Origin: Diplonema japonicum
Taxonomy: Eukaryota > Protista > Euglenozoa: Diplonemea
Length of the DNA stretch: 64,000 nt
Direction: 5' to 3'
NCBI GenBank assembly: GCA_964019335.1
Contig: OZ025672.1
Span: 434,001 to 498,000 of the forward strand
The translations under genes and the position numbers were made by a program. Position 1 is the stretch's first letter. The number at the start of each line of letters is the position of its first letter. This document shows positions 11,857 through 20,611 of the stretch, piece by piece. The notes under the pieces were generated by a model. That model was not told the DNA's origin. It worked only from the letters and a program-made list of their open reading frames with translations, and searched no databases.

Positions 11857-11927
11857 ACAGCTAGTGAGTGGCCTGTGGGGATGAGAAAGGAAGAAAAGGA
11901 AACAAGGAACATTTAAATATAAAACGC

Positions 11928-11943
11928 AGCGGTTATCACCACC
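11928..11943 (-). promoter_or_regulatory. Candidate histone 3' UTR stem-loop (GGUGGU-GAUA-ACCGCU)
   Basis: 6-bp stem/4-nt loop 85 nt after the H2B stop; stem conserved in the second H2B copy despite diverged flanks. Confidence 0.45.
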
Positions 11944-12028
11944 TGTGCCGTGGGGCGCAAAACATAGGAAAGGGAGAGGGAAAAAAATGAGAAAGAGTAA
12001 GGGGGTAAAGGAGGAGGAAGACTGCAGT

Positions 12029-12448
12029 CTAGTTCTTCTTGTTCTTGCTCTTGCTCTTGCTCTTCTTCGTCACGTCACCACCGCCGAAGGTCCCGACAGC
12101 GCTGGCACCAGCAGCAAGGGCATGGGTCGCAAGCTCCTTGGGAAGCTGCATCTTCACTGCCGCCATCACAGCCTTGGAGCTCAGCGTCTTCACCTGGGCA
12201 TGCGTGGTGAGGCGCCCCGCCTCTCCGGCGAGCCTGTCGAACAGGTCCACCACGAAGGAGTTCACGATCGCCATCCCCTTCGCCGTGATCTGCACCTTGC
12301 TGCCCTTGGTGTCCTGCGTCCTCATCAGCCTGTGGATGTACGTGTTGTAGCTCGCGTAGCTTGACCTCTTCCTCCTCTTCTCCCCATCCTCTTCCTTCTT
12401 CACCTTCTTCGATACCTTCTTCTCCTTCTTCTCCTTCCTCGCGGGCAT
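12029..12448 (-). CDS. H2B: Divergent histone H2B variant, copy 1
   Basis: SYNTYIHRLM...ITAKGMAIVNSFVVDLFDRLAGEAGRL...LPKELATHAL aligns to the H2B fold; basic N- and C-tails. Confidence 0.92.
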   Translation of the reverse strand: MPARKEKKEKKVSKKVKKEEDGEKRRKRSSYASYNTYIHRLMRTQDTKGSKVQITAKGMAIVNSFVVDLFDRLAGEAGRLTTHAQVKTLSSKAVMAAVKMQLPKELATHALAAGASAVGTFGGGDVTKKSKSKSKNKKN

Positions 12449-12601
12449 CTTTCTTTTTTGAAGGTTGAGGCTAAAAGTTGCTGTGTGTGCATGTGTGTGT
12501 GTGTGTGTGGTTAGGTGTTGAAGGTGAATTCAGAAGAAAAGCTAACGGACGGTGCTCTACGTGCACGCAGCCCAGAATAGGAGAAGAGTTAAAAAACTCA
12601 A

Positions 12602-12676
12602 ATTAACATGCAAGCTCCCTGAGACGAAAGCCGCATGCCCTAAAGGGGTGGGGGTATGGTCAGCACTAGGTATCTC
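12602..12676. repeat. Dispersed ~75-bp repeat with hairpin, copy 1 (copy 2 at 24070-24149)
   Basis: attaacatgcaa.ctccctgagacgaaagccgcatgccctaaa..ggggtgggggtatggt shared nearly identically. Confidence 0.85.
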
Positions 12677-12759
12677 AAACTCTACACTCTGCACTCTAAA
12701 AAAGGAAACTAGGGATCGTTACCTGAACCTCAAATGGGATAACATGACGAGTGTCAAGG

Positions 12760-13407
12760 TCAAGGATAAGAAGTACCTAGGCCAGTGTAGAGGGTGCGGC
12801 CCTGCTTCCTGAGAGCGAAGAGGACGTCTTCGGCCCGAACGGTCTTCCTCCCTGTGAGCTCCATAAGGGTCGAGGTGTCGGTAATCACTTCGTTCACGAA
12901 GGACGTCAGGATGCCCCTCGCCTCGTTGAAGGCCTCCTTTGAGATCCTCTTGCACCCACCACGCCTAGCCAGCCTCCTGATGCTCCCTTTCGTGATCCCA
13001 CGCCTCAGCCTACTCTGCACGAATACAATCCCACAAATTGCGTTGGAGGCAATTCCATGGAGCTCGCCACGGACACGCCTGGCAATGATGAGGTCTAGGT
13101 TGCTGAGGGTATGCTTCTTCCTGTGGATCTGCATCATGACAGCTGCCTGGAAGAGTTTGACCATGTAGCTCTCTGTTGCCTCCTGCATCGCCTCAAAAGC
13201 CGACGGCTTGAAGGACAGCCCTGCCTTGTATTTGTTCATGATGTCCCTCACCAGCCTCTGGAAGGGTGTCTTCTGCAGCAGCAGCTTCGACGTCTTCTGC
13301 AGTTTGAAGATCTCACGCAGGGCCACGGTTCCGGGCCTCCACCTCTTCTTTTTCGCTTCTTCGTTGCTCTTCTTCTTCCTCCTCCACCTTCTCACCATCT
13401 TCGGCAT
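12760..13407 (-). CDS. Fused histone H3-H4 doublet (H3 fold aa 1-115, ~20-aa linker, H4 fold to aa 215)
   Basis: [12 protein letters not shown]...PFQRLVRDI...ARRVRGE (H3) continues without a stop into [20 protein letters not shown]...[21 protein letters not shown] (H4). Confidence 0.88.
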   Translation of the reverse strand: MPKMVRRWRRKKKSNEEAKKKRWRPGTVALREIFKLQKTSKLLLQKTPFQRLVRDIMNKYKAGLSFKPSAFEAMQEATESYMVKLFQAAVMMQIHRKKHTLSNLDLIIARRVRGELHGIASNAICGIVFVQSRLRRGITKGSIRRLARRGGCKRISKEAFNEARGILTSFVNEVITDTSTLMELTGRKTVRAEDVLFALRKQGRTLYTGLGTSYP

Positions 13408-13579
13408 TGTGTCTAATTAACAACTACCTGCATTCGATACTGCCCAGAGGACACAACGGGAAGGAATAAAGAAGAAACAAGAAAAGGGGGAACATAGTAG
13501 TTGGAAAGGGAGAAGGGGAAGAGGGGAAAGGAACCGAAAAGAAGCAAAAAGAAATACCAAAGGAGTGGGGGAGGGGGGG

Positions 13580-13718
13580 GCGTTTCCATACTTTTCAAAA
13601 TTCTTATGGAAACGGCTTCCTTCTTAAGGAAACATAAGGAAACGTTTCCGTTTCCGTATCCGTTTCCCTTTTTTTCAAAAAATGCATGGAAACGCGTTTC
13701 CATGCCAGCATAGCCCTG
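13580..13718. repeat. Array of GGAAAC/GTTTCC motifs with a perfect 22-bp palindrome (13684-13705); possible hAT-like transposon end remnant or regulatory element
   Basis: About eight GGAAAC motifs in both orientations; gcatggaaacgcgtttccatgc; reads CAGGGCTATG on the minus strand from 13718. Confidence 0.5.
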
Positions 13719-14114
13719 GGGGGGGGGGGGGGGGGGGGGGCTGGTGAGGTTTAGAAAAAGAAGCAGAAAAGAAGAGATACGGGGAGCACAGATCCAGTTC
13801 TATCTTTCTTTCATTATTCTTGGGGGGGGGGTTTCTTTTCTATTATTTTTTGTTTTAAATTTTCTTGCCTTCTCCCTTCCTTTTCTCGGAACAACAAAGA
13901 GAGAGAACAAAATTAAAATGGGGCTTTAAAAAAAAACTAAAATATTTAAGTTCGCGTCTTCGCGCTCACCAGCTAGTCCTTCGGGTTCAGTAAAGAAAAA
14001 AAAAGGAAGAAATCGCCTTTCGTTTCATTATAAGGCCTCCATTGAAGAAAAGAAAAAAAATGGGGCTTTGGTTGCAACACTATTTGGCGTTAAGTGTGCA
14101 GCGTGGTGGGGGGT

Positions 14115-17100
14115 CTATCTTGTGTTGTTACCCTTCTGCGTCGCTGCATTTTTATCGGCAGATGGGGTGGGGATACTTCGGGTAGGTTCGAGGTAGGTCG
14201 GCACGAACTTGTCGCTCCAGTCGTCTCTCCCCGGTGAACCGGTTGCGAGTCGCTGTTCGAGGATGAAGCGCACCTTGTCGTACGATGCGAATGTGGGTCT
14301 GCAGGTATACCCTCGGATCCGTTTGTTTGCACCAATGGATCGGAGGGAGGATGTCAAGAAAGGTTTCCCGGGGATAGGAGGGGGTCGTGCTTTCTTTTCG
14401 GCCACCTCTGACAGTTTTGTCAGAACTTTAGCTAGCCGGTTTGCACGCTTACGTACGTCAGCCGTATCTTCCAAGATGAGCTGTTTGGTCGTGGCCTCAA
14501 AGTCGAGTGCGAGCTCTATCCTTGAGACTGAACCATGTGGGCTCCACTGCAGCATGCGAAGCCATTTGAGCACTTCTGGGACAATCGTATCCCCTTGGAA
14601 GTGTTTCAGTCCGTTGTTCTTGTACCAATCCAGGCTTGGCACCGAGCACCCTCTTCCAACCAGCGGTCTGTTCCAAGGGAACCTTTCTACCGCGGCCTTC
14701 TTCGTTTCCTGCTTCGCGCTCACTCTCCTGATGATCGCAAGCAGCATCTGTTGTATTACCTCTGGCCGTTCCGTCTTACATTCCAGAGGGATGATGCCGT
14801 GTAGTGCAAGGCAGCGTGTGATCCCCTCTTGCCTGTATGCATGCATTGCAGGGGCGAACTCAGGTGCACCGCGTACCTCTTCGTGTGCCTTGCATTTCCA
14901 GAACGTGTGTATGGTGTACTCGTCTTGCGTGGTGAAGAGCGCCTCACACCCAATACATTGTACCTCTGGTTCGACGATCGGGTAGCTGCGGAACATGGCA
15001 CCCGTGATCATCCTCAAGCCAAGTCGTTCCTCTTGCACGGACCTGGCACTCTTCCACACCTCGTTAGTGCGGACTTCGTCAATTGCGCGGCCGACACCAA
15101 TAAAGGAGGGTCTGCCTTTGGCAACTGCGTTCCTTCTGATCGCTTTCGTCACTCGCCGTATCTCATGACCTCTGGCAGCTTTATGCACGCCCAAGAGGGC
15201 CCTGGCCCAAGGCCATCCGAGCTTGGCTGGTTCCAGAAGACGCAGGAGTGTTCCTATGGGACCAGCGGACCTCATATTCTTCGTGTACTTCTTCCGGATC
15301 TTTCTTGCACGCTTTCGTATTCTTCGATTTTCCGCTAGCCTCAGGACGGTGCCCGCCGTCTTGTAGGCAAAGGCAGCAAGAGGGTCGTGTGTGTGGCCCG
15401 GTAGTGCGATGTTCAAGAGCGCGCCCGATGAGCGCGTGGTGTTGTACGGACCCCACAGACAATCTGTTACAGCGATCCTAAGGGCGTCGATCTTCGCGTT
15501 TGACGGTGGGGCATATGGCGCACCGTATAAGGCAGCGGGTAGAATAGATTGGCTCACGATGAGGGCTTTCTTTGTAAAGGGTAGTTGTAACGCGGCCAGT
15601 CTCTTGGCTGTCTCGACCGCTTTCTCCACCCTCTTGTTGTCAGCCCTACCTTTCCTTTCCATTGACAGAGTGACTCCAAGGATCTTCACCTTCTTCTTCG
15701 TAGCAAACGTAAATCCACCCTGTCGTAGAGTTGACGTATACTTCTTCACGGTGCTGAAAGCAAGCGTCTTCTCGTGGTTCAGAGCCATCCCTGTGATTTT
15801 ACAGAACTCGGATACTCTATCAACAGCTCGCTGTACGTGTCGTTCTGACTTCCTGCTGTACATCGTCACATCATCGGCGTATGAGGTAGTTTTTGCCTTC
15901 GTCAAGTGTCCGATTTCTTTGACCATGATCGACAGCAGTGCGTTGATCAGAACGGCCGACAGCGGGCACCCCTGGAGGATTCCATTGTCCACGTGTAGCA
16001 CCTCGCCTACCCCAAGCGGTAGTTTTAGTCGGCGTTGCAGATTCTCATACACGTATCGCATCGGACGGGTGATGGATACGCTCAGGCCAAGGTCCTCTAC
16101 TAACGAAAGGGCAATCTCCTGCGGAACTCGATCAAAGCACTTTTGGAAGTCCAGCGCTAAGCCATACAGTGGCCTCCCACCTAGGAGTGCATCCTCTACC
16201 ATTGTCGATATGTCCATGAGGACATGGTCAGCTCCGTGTTTGGGCCTGAAGCCGTGCATGGTGGGATCGATCCATTTCTCCTGCCATTCGAGAACATGTT
16301 TGAGTCGGACACAGGCCCACAGGCGGTAAATCACACTGGTGACGGTGATCGGTCGATGGTCAAGCGGTTGGCCTGTACCATTTTTCGGGAGCATCGAGAT
16401 CAACGCAGTCATCACAGTGTCGGGCCAACGACCCTGTAGCTCAATAGCATTGAAAAGGTCCGCGAATGAGCCAAGAACATCGTCCGGCAGACAATGGAGC
16501 TCAGCAAAGCGCCACCCGTCAACAGCACACGCAGTCTTCTTCTTCGTTCTCGCGAGGACTACGCGCAAGTCCTGCACCGTAATCAGAGGACATGTCATTT
16601 CGGTGCGTTTGATGAACTGTCCGTAGGTCGCTTTGAATTTCTTGTACGACGGCTTGGTCTCTCCGTTTCCGAAGAGGCAGAAAACTTTCGCCCAATGCTG
16701 CTCCAAGGTCCTCAACATTTCGACTGCGTTAGCGGTGATCTGCCCACTGTCGCGCCGTACGGTTTGCGTGGTCTTCGTTTCTTGTTCCACCGTACCATCC
16801 TTTAAAAATGCCGTCACACGTTTACGGTCCGTGCCAAACTCTTCCGCAGTCCACCTCGCGTACTCCTTGTTCCGGTGTCTCTTGTTGCGGCTGATTATCT
16901 CAGCGTTCGACTTCGCAGCCCTACCCCTAAGCTCAGCCATCGCCGTGTAAATCTCGTCGTTACAAGACCAATCTTGGGGGTCGGGTCTCTCAGTCCATAG
17001 CTTCAGACGCACTGCAGTGGTGTACACGTTACGTATCTGTGCCCTCATCTCGTGCGACATGCATCCTATCGCGGGTGTTTCTTCCATTCGTCGGATCAAT

Positions 17101-18491
17101 GATTTAATCTTCCGCTTAAGGATCGCGACTTGGTTCTCTTTGCAGGTCGCTGCCCCACACCCTTCATGATTCGACGGTGCGGAAATCTCCCGAAGCACCG
17201 GTTGCCGCAAGTCTCCTCGCCCCCGCTGTGTGAGATCGGCTCCTAGGAGGTCCTCAACAGCGACGGCTAGGTATCGAATGGCCGAGTTCAGGTTAGTCAG
17301 CAGGGTAGTGTTGAAGATTCTGCGGTCGAACAAGCCAGGCGTTCCCGTGATGACGGTGTTCGGACATTTGAGCTGTCTGGGTACCTTGTACATGGGTACA
17401 AGTTGCCGCATGGCTGGTAACTTCAGCGTCACAGTTAGCGCTCGATGCGACGGCACGCCTATGTCTTCAGTAACACAGGACACAAGCGCTGCAGCAGCTA
17501 TGGGGTTCATCAGGATGTAGTCGGGTCTTGTGGCTGCAACGGCAGTAACGTAGGTGGGGCTTGGGTCCCTCCCTTGATGTTTTGCAAACATCGCGGATGC
17601 GTCCACCCAGTGCGTGTTAAGCGCATGTTGCAATGTAGGAGATGCATCGATTGTAGTGTTCATATCTCCAACTACAATGATCGGGACCTGGCCTAGCGAT
17701 ATCCGCAATCGGTTTAGGATATTGCAAAGTAAGGTTTCGCGAGCAGCGACTCCAGCCTTCGACTTATCAACATCGGCGTACAGGTTAACTACGTGTAACC
17801 ACCTGTTGCCTTCACCCATCGCGTACATTACATGTTGGAATCTCGTCTGCTGTCCAACATCCGGGAGGACATGCTGTTCTATGCAGGTGCCGGGAATACG
17901 GTATAATGTGGCGACGCCTCCCCTCTCCGCTAAGGTTGGGGATTCAACACCGTCCAGCATCAGTCCACGTTGCGGTTTCCCAAATATGACACGCCTCTGC
18001 GTCATACCCGGATCCCCCTTCATTGTTGTAGCCACTTGGAATTGTGTCGTAGCCGTCAGCGCCGTCTCCTGAACACACAGGATATTGGCTGTTACCTTCT
18101 TGAGGATGTGGAATGTGTTGTTCCACGAAGTAACGTTAACCGATGTTATCGTCACTGTGTCGCACGTTTTCGCATCACCTATCGATGTCAAGGGCGGACG
18201 CGGAACACTACCTTTCGTGCCTTGAGGTTCTCCCGCTGGAACGTAGAAGTCCTTCCATAATCCTGTCGTCTTCACCTTGAGGGATATCTTCTTGCATGGC
18301 GGGCCAGGGTTGGGGTGCACATCACCATCAGCTAACAGCCTGAGGAGTGCCTCCATCGCGATGTTTGAATATGCATGTTTTTGGTTGCATATTCGGGGAA
18401 GGGAGAAGTAGGGGCTCATGCTAAACACTGAAGGGGGGTAGCAGAGCAGGGGAACACTGATTGGGAGGAAGATCATGATACGGGTCCTCAT
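14115..18491 (-). CDS. LINE ORF2: 2A-like peptide, APE endonuclease, reverse transcriptase, C-terminal CCHC finger
   Basis: SVNVTS, LCVQET, VVGDMN, TRPDYIL, SHRAL (APE); HRPITV, LDFQKCFDRV, ILQGCPLS, YADD (RT); CIGC...HTFWKC; ATG at 18491 overlaps the ORF1 stop. Confidence 0.92.
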   Translation of the reverse strand: MRTRIMIFLPISVPLLCYPPSVFSMSPYFSLPRICNQKHAYSNIAMEALLRLLADGDVHPNPGPPCKKISLKVKTTGLWKDFYVPAGEPQGTKGSVPRPPLTSIGDAKTCDTVTITSVNVTSWNNTFHILKKVTANILCVQETALTATTQFQVATTMKGDPGMTQRRVIFGKPQRGLMLDGVESPTLAERGGVATLYRIPGTCIEQHVLPDVGQQTRFQHVMYAMGEGNRWLHVVNLYADVDKSKAGVAARETLLCNILNRLRISLGQVPIIVVGDMNTTIDASPTLQHALNTHWVDASAMFAKHQGRDPSPTYVTAVAATRPDYILMNPIAAAALVSCVTEDIGVPSHRALTVTLKLPAMRQLVPMYKVPRQLKCPNTVITGTPGLFDRRIFNTTLLTNLNSAIRYLAVAVEDLLGADLTQRGRGDLRQPVLREISAPSNHEGCGAATCKENQVAILKRKIKSLIRRMEETPAIGCMSHEMRAQIRNVYTTAVRLKLWTERPDPQDWSCNDEIYTAMAELRGRAAKSNAEIISRNKRHRNKEYARWTAEEFGTDRKRVTAFLKDGTVEQETKTTQTVRRDSGQITANAVEMLRTLEQHWAKVFCLFGNGETKPSYKKFKATYGQFIKRTEMTCPLITVQDLRVVLARTKKKTACAVDGWRFAELHCLPDDVLGSFADLFNAIELQGRWPDTVMTALISMLPKNGTGQPLDHRPITVTSVIYRLWACVRLKHVLEWQEKWIDPTMHGFRPKHGADHVLMDISTMVEDALLGGRPLYGLALDFQKCFDRVPQEIALSLVEDLGLSVSITRPMRYVYENLQRRLKLPLGVGEVLHVDNGILQGCPLSAVLINALLSIMVKEIGHLTKAKTTSYADDVTMYSRKSERHVQRAVDRVSEFCKITGMALNHEKTLAFSTVKKYTSTLRQGGFTFATKKKVKILGVTLSMERKGRADNKRVEKAVETAKRLAALQLPFTKKALIVSQSILPAALYGAPYAPPSNAKIDALRIAVTDCLWGPYNTTRSSGALLNIALPGHTHDPLAAFAYKTAGTVLRLAENRRIRKRARKIRKKYTKNMRSAGPIGTLLRLLEPAKLGWPWARALLGVHKAARGHEIRRVTKAIRRNAVAKGRPSFIGVGRAIDEVRTNEVWKSARSVQEERLGLRMITGAMFRSYPIVEPEVQCIGCEALFTTQDEYTIHTFWKCKAHEEVRGAPEFAPAMHAYRQEGITRCLALHGIIPLECKTERPEVIQQMLLAIIRRVSAKQETKKAAVERFPWNRPLVGRGCSVPSLDWYKNNGLKHFQGDTIVPEVLKWLRMLQWSPHGSVSRIELALDFEATTKQLILEDTADVRKRANRLAKVLTKLSEVAEKKARPPPIPGKPFLTSSLRSIGANKRIRGYTCRPTFASYDKVRFILEQRLATGSPGRDDWSDKFVPTYLEPTRSIPTPSADKNAATQKGNNTR

Positions 18492-20611
18492 CTTTGGCGA
18501 TGTGTGCTCTTCCCTGTTGCACACTTCTGATGTTGTTGTTTTTGTTGATGTTGTTGTAGAAGTTGTTGAGTTGCGCCTAGCTGTTGCACCATAGGCGCCA
18601 TTGCCTGCGCGATCAACCTTTGTACCACATCGGTAGCTCCAAGCGGGTCTTGGGTGGGCGGGGTCGGTTCTGGTTTCTTGGTAGCGGTAACCTGCTGTAC
18701 GGCCTGCTGCAGTTGCTGGATCTGTTGGACGATGGGTTTCAGTGCCTCTGCGATGATGCCGTTCACCATGTCCGCCCAGTTCGGTGGTGTAGGCTGCGGG
18801 GACGACAACGAAGGTTGTTGGGGTTTCCAGGCGCTCGTCGTGCCACCTTGGAACGTCACAGTCCCGCCGATCCCTACACCTTCCTTCTTCGCCTTCGGGT
18901 TTTTCGCCTTTGGGTTTTTCGCCTTCGGGTCTCTCGCATTCGGGTTCTTCGCCTTCGCCCCAGCCGTCTTTTTCGGTCTTTGGTTTACCACAGTCTTCGA
19001 TGTCACGTCGCCCTTCTCCGCGTCGGTCTCCTCCATCTTGGCGTCCACTCGGCGCTCGTTCTTCTTCCTTAGCAGTCCGATCCCACCGAACAGCGGCACC
19101 TCGAACCCGGGTGGCTCCTTCTGTGCTAGCAGCATCCACCTTTTGGTCGACCCTCTTAGGGATGACCGAGTCACCTCGACCGTCCACCCCCATGCAGCCA
19201 ACATCATCTTGAGCTCTGTTGGTCTCATGTCGCGTGGCACCTTCTCCAGATACCAAGCCTCCGTCTGCGGTGTCGCTAGACCCTTGGCTTCGAGGTTCTT
19301 CCGGAGTTCGTTCTCCGCTGTACCCGGCGCCACACGAATACCAACCCGCTGTCGCTGGTCCACCGCAACCCCAGCGTATTGCTGGTACTTCTGTGCCACC
19401 GAGACGGCCATCTCGAGTGTCATACCCTTCTTCAGCCACACCACGCTGTCAGAGGTCTCATCCATCGGCAGCCTTGCGGTGATCCCGTCCTTGCCACTCC
19501 TACCTAGTAGCTCCGGTGCTCTGTTGGATGCCACACAGACCGTGGTCTTCGCGCACTCCGGGTATACCCTCGGCCTGGAGAGGTCGAAGTCCTTACCTCC
19601 AACCCAGGTGGTGAACATTTTGTTGGCCTCATCCAACGAGGACTTCTTGTGTAGCGTGAGATGCACCAGCGTCGTGCACTTCTTCTTGATGGTTTCCGCC
19701 TGTCTTGCCATGGGGGCGAGATCGGACCAACCCATATGTGACATCCAAACTGTCAGTGATGTCGTGCCGGAGCGGTCTGGAAGGTCAAACGCGACTTGTT
19801 GCTTCTTGCCAGGGATCGCTGGTAGCGGTTGGCGGGAGATGAGAGTGAGGTGCTCCGGTTTGTGGTGCGACAGGTGCCATTCGCACGCTGCCATGTCTTC
19901 CTGCTCGACTAGCATGACACCACAGCAGTTTTCCGTCACACCGATGATGTCTGTAATGATCGGGAATGTCCAATCCAATTCGCGCAGCTTCAAGTTCGCA
20001 AATGTTTTCGGTGGGAGGGGTTCCTTCCCGGCGATCATCTCCGGGAGGGATGCGGTCTCCGGCCGTACCAGGACTGGGTTGGTCGTCAACAGGCCGTCCG
20101 GGCCGTCCGCGTCTTCCTTCTTCAGGGCGTAGTATTCACCCCCGATCTCAGCCAGCCAGCCGACTGGCACCCCCTGCGCGTGGCCAATCATCTGTGTAGT
20201 GATGACCTCCCCGTCCGTCTTGACGAGCCCAATGGGCGCGCCAATGCGCTCCGCGTAAGCGAGGATGGCGACTTCGTCGCCCCTTGCATTCCACTTCCTC
20301 AGGCTCGCGACGTAGTCGTCGAGCCTGACGGCAAGGAACCTCGCGTACAGCTCCTTGTTCGACTCCATCACCGACGCAACCAACTCGCGGATCGTCGCTT
20401 CGGCGCTTACCTCTCCGTGTCTGATAAAGGAGAGACAGCGAAATAGTTGTCCTCCTTGGTCACCGCATGAACGCAGGCGGAAACCGTAGCTCCTCACCTG
20501 CCCGTCGTACCACTTACGCACCTGATGTGCCCACCCCTTCTCGCTCGTCTCTTCGCGGCCGAAGCCCCCGGGCGGCGCCTCCGAGGAGGCGGACGAGCCG
20601 GGTTTTGTCAT
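18488..20611 (-). CDS. LINE ORF1 with N-terminal OTU-like domain, K-rich pentapeptide repeats and Q-rich coiled-coil end
   Basis: 707-aa ORF directly upstream of ORF2; GDQGGQLFRCLS...RGDEVAILAYAE...GGEYYAL resembles OTU; KAKNP repeats. Confidence 0.8.
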   Translation of the reverse strand: MTKPGSSASSEAPPGGFGREETSEKGWAHQVRKWYDGQVRSYGFRLRSCGDQGGQLFRCLSFIRHGEVSAEATIRELVASVMESNKELYARFLAVRLDDYVASLRKWNARGDEVAILAYAERIGAPIGLVKTDGEVITTQMIGHAQGVPVGWLAEIGGEYYALKKEDADGPDGLLTTNPVLVRPETASLPEMIAGKEPLPPKTFANLKLRELDWTFPIITDIIGVTENCCGVMLVEQEDMAACEWHLSHHKPEHLTLISRQPLPAIPGKKQQVAFDLPDRSGTTSLTVWMSHMGWSDLAPMARQAETIKKKCTTLVHLTLHKKSSLDEANKMFTTWVGGKDFDLSRPRVYPECAKTTVCVASNRAPELLGRSGKDGITARLPMDETSDSVVWLKKGMTLEMAVSVAQKYQQYAGVAVDQRQRVGIRVAPGTAENELRKNLEAKGLATPQTEAWYLEKVPRDMRPTELKMMLAAWGWTVEVTRSSLRGSTKRWMLLAQKEPPGFEVPLFGGIGLLRKKNERRVDAKMEETDAEKGDVTSKTVVNQRPKKTAGAKAKNPNARDPKAKNPKAKNPKAKKEGVGIGGTVTFQGGTTSAWKPQQPSLSSPQPTPPNWADMVNGIIAEALKPIVQQIQQLQQAVQQVTATKKPEPTPPTQDPLGATDVVQRLIAQAMAPMVQQLGATQQLLQQHQQKQQHQKCATGKSTHRQR

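Noticed and set aside
11927-11950. CAGCGGTTATCACC resembling a hAT/Charlie TIR
   Set aside because: No partner TIR or 8-bp TSD found; better explained as an RNA hairpin conserved in both H2B 3' UTRs.
12615-12640. CTGAGACGAAA resembling a hammerhead ribozyme core
   Set aside because: Lacks the N of CUGANGA, stem II and a stem III/UH cleavage site.
18492-19439. ORF-track N-terminal extension of the 1774-aa RT ORF
   Set aside because: Overlaps ORF1 in another frame and reads as R/G/T-rich shadow translation; ATG 18491 is the more plausible start.
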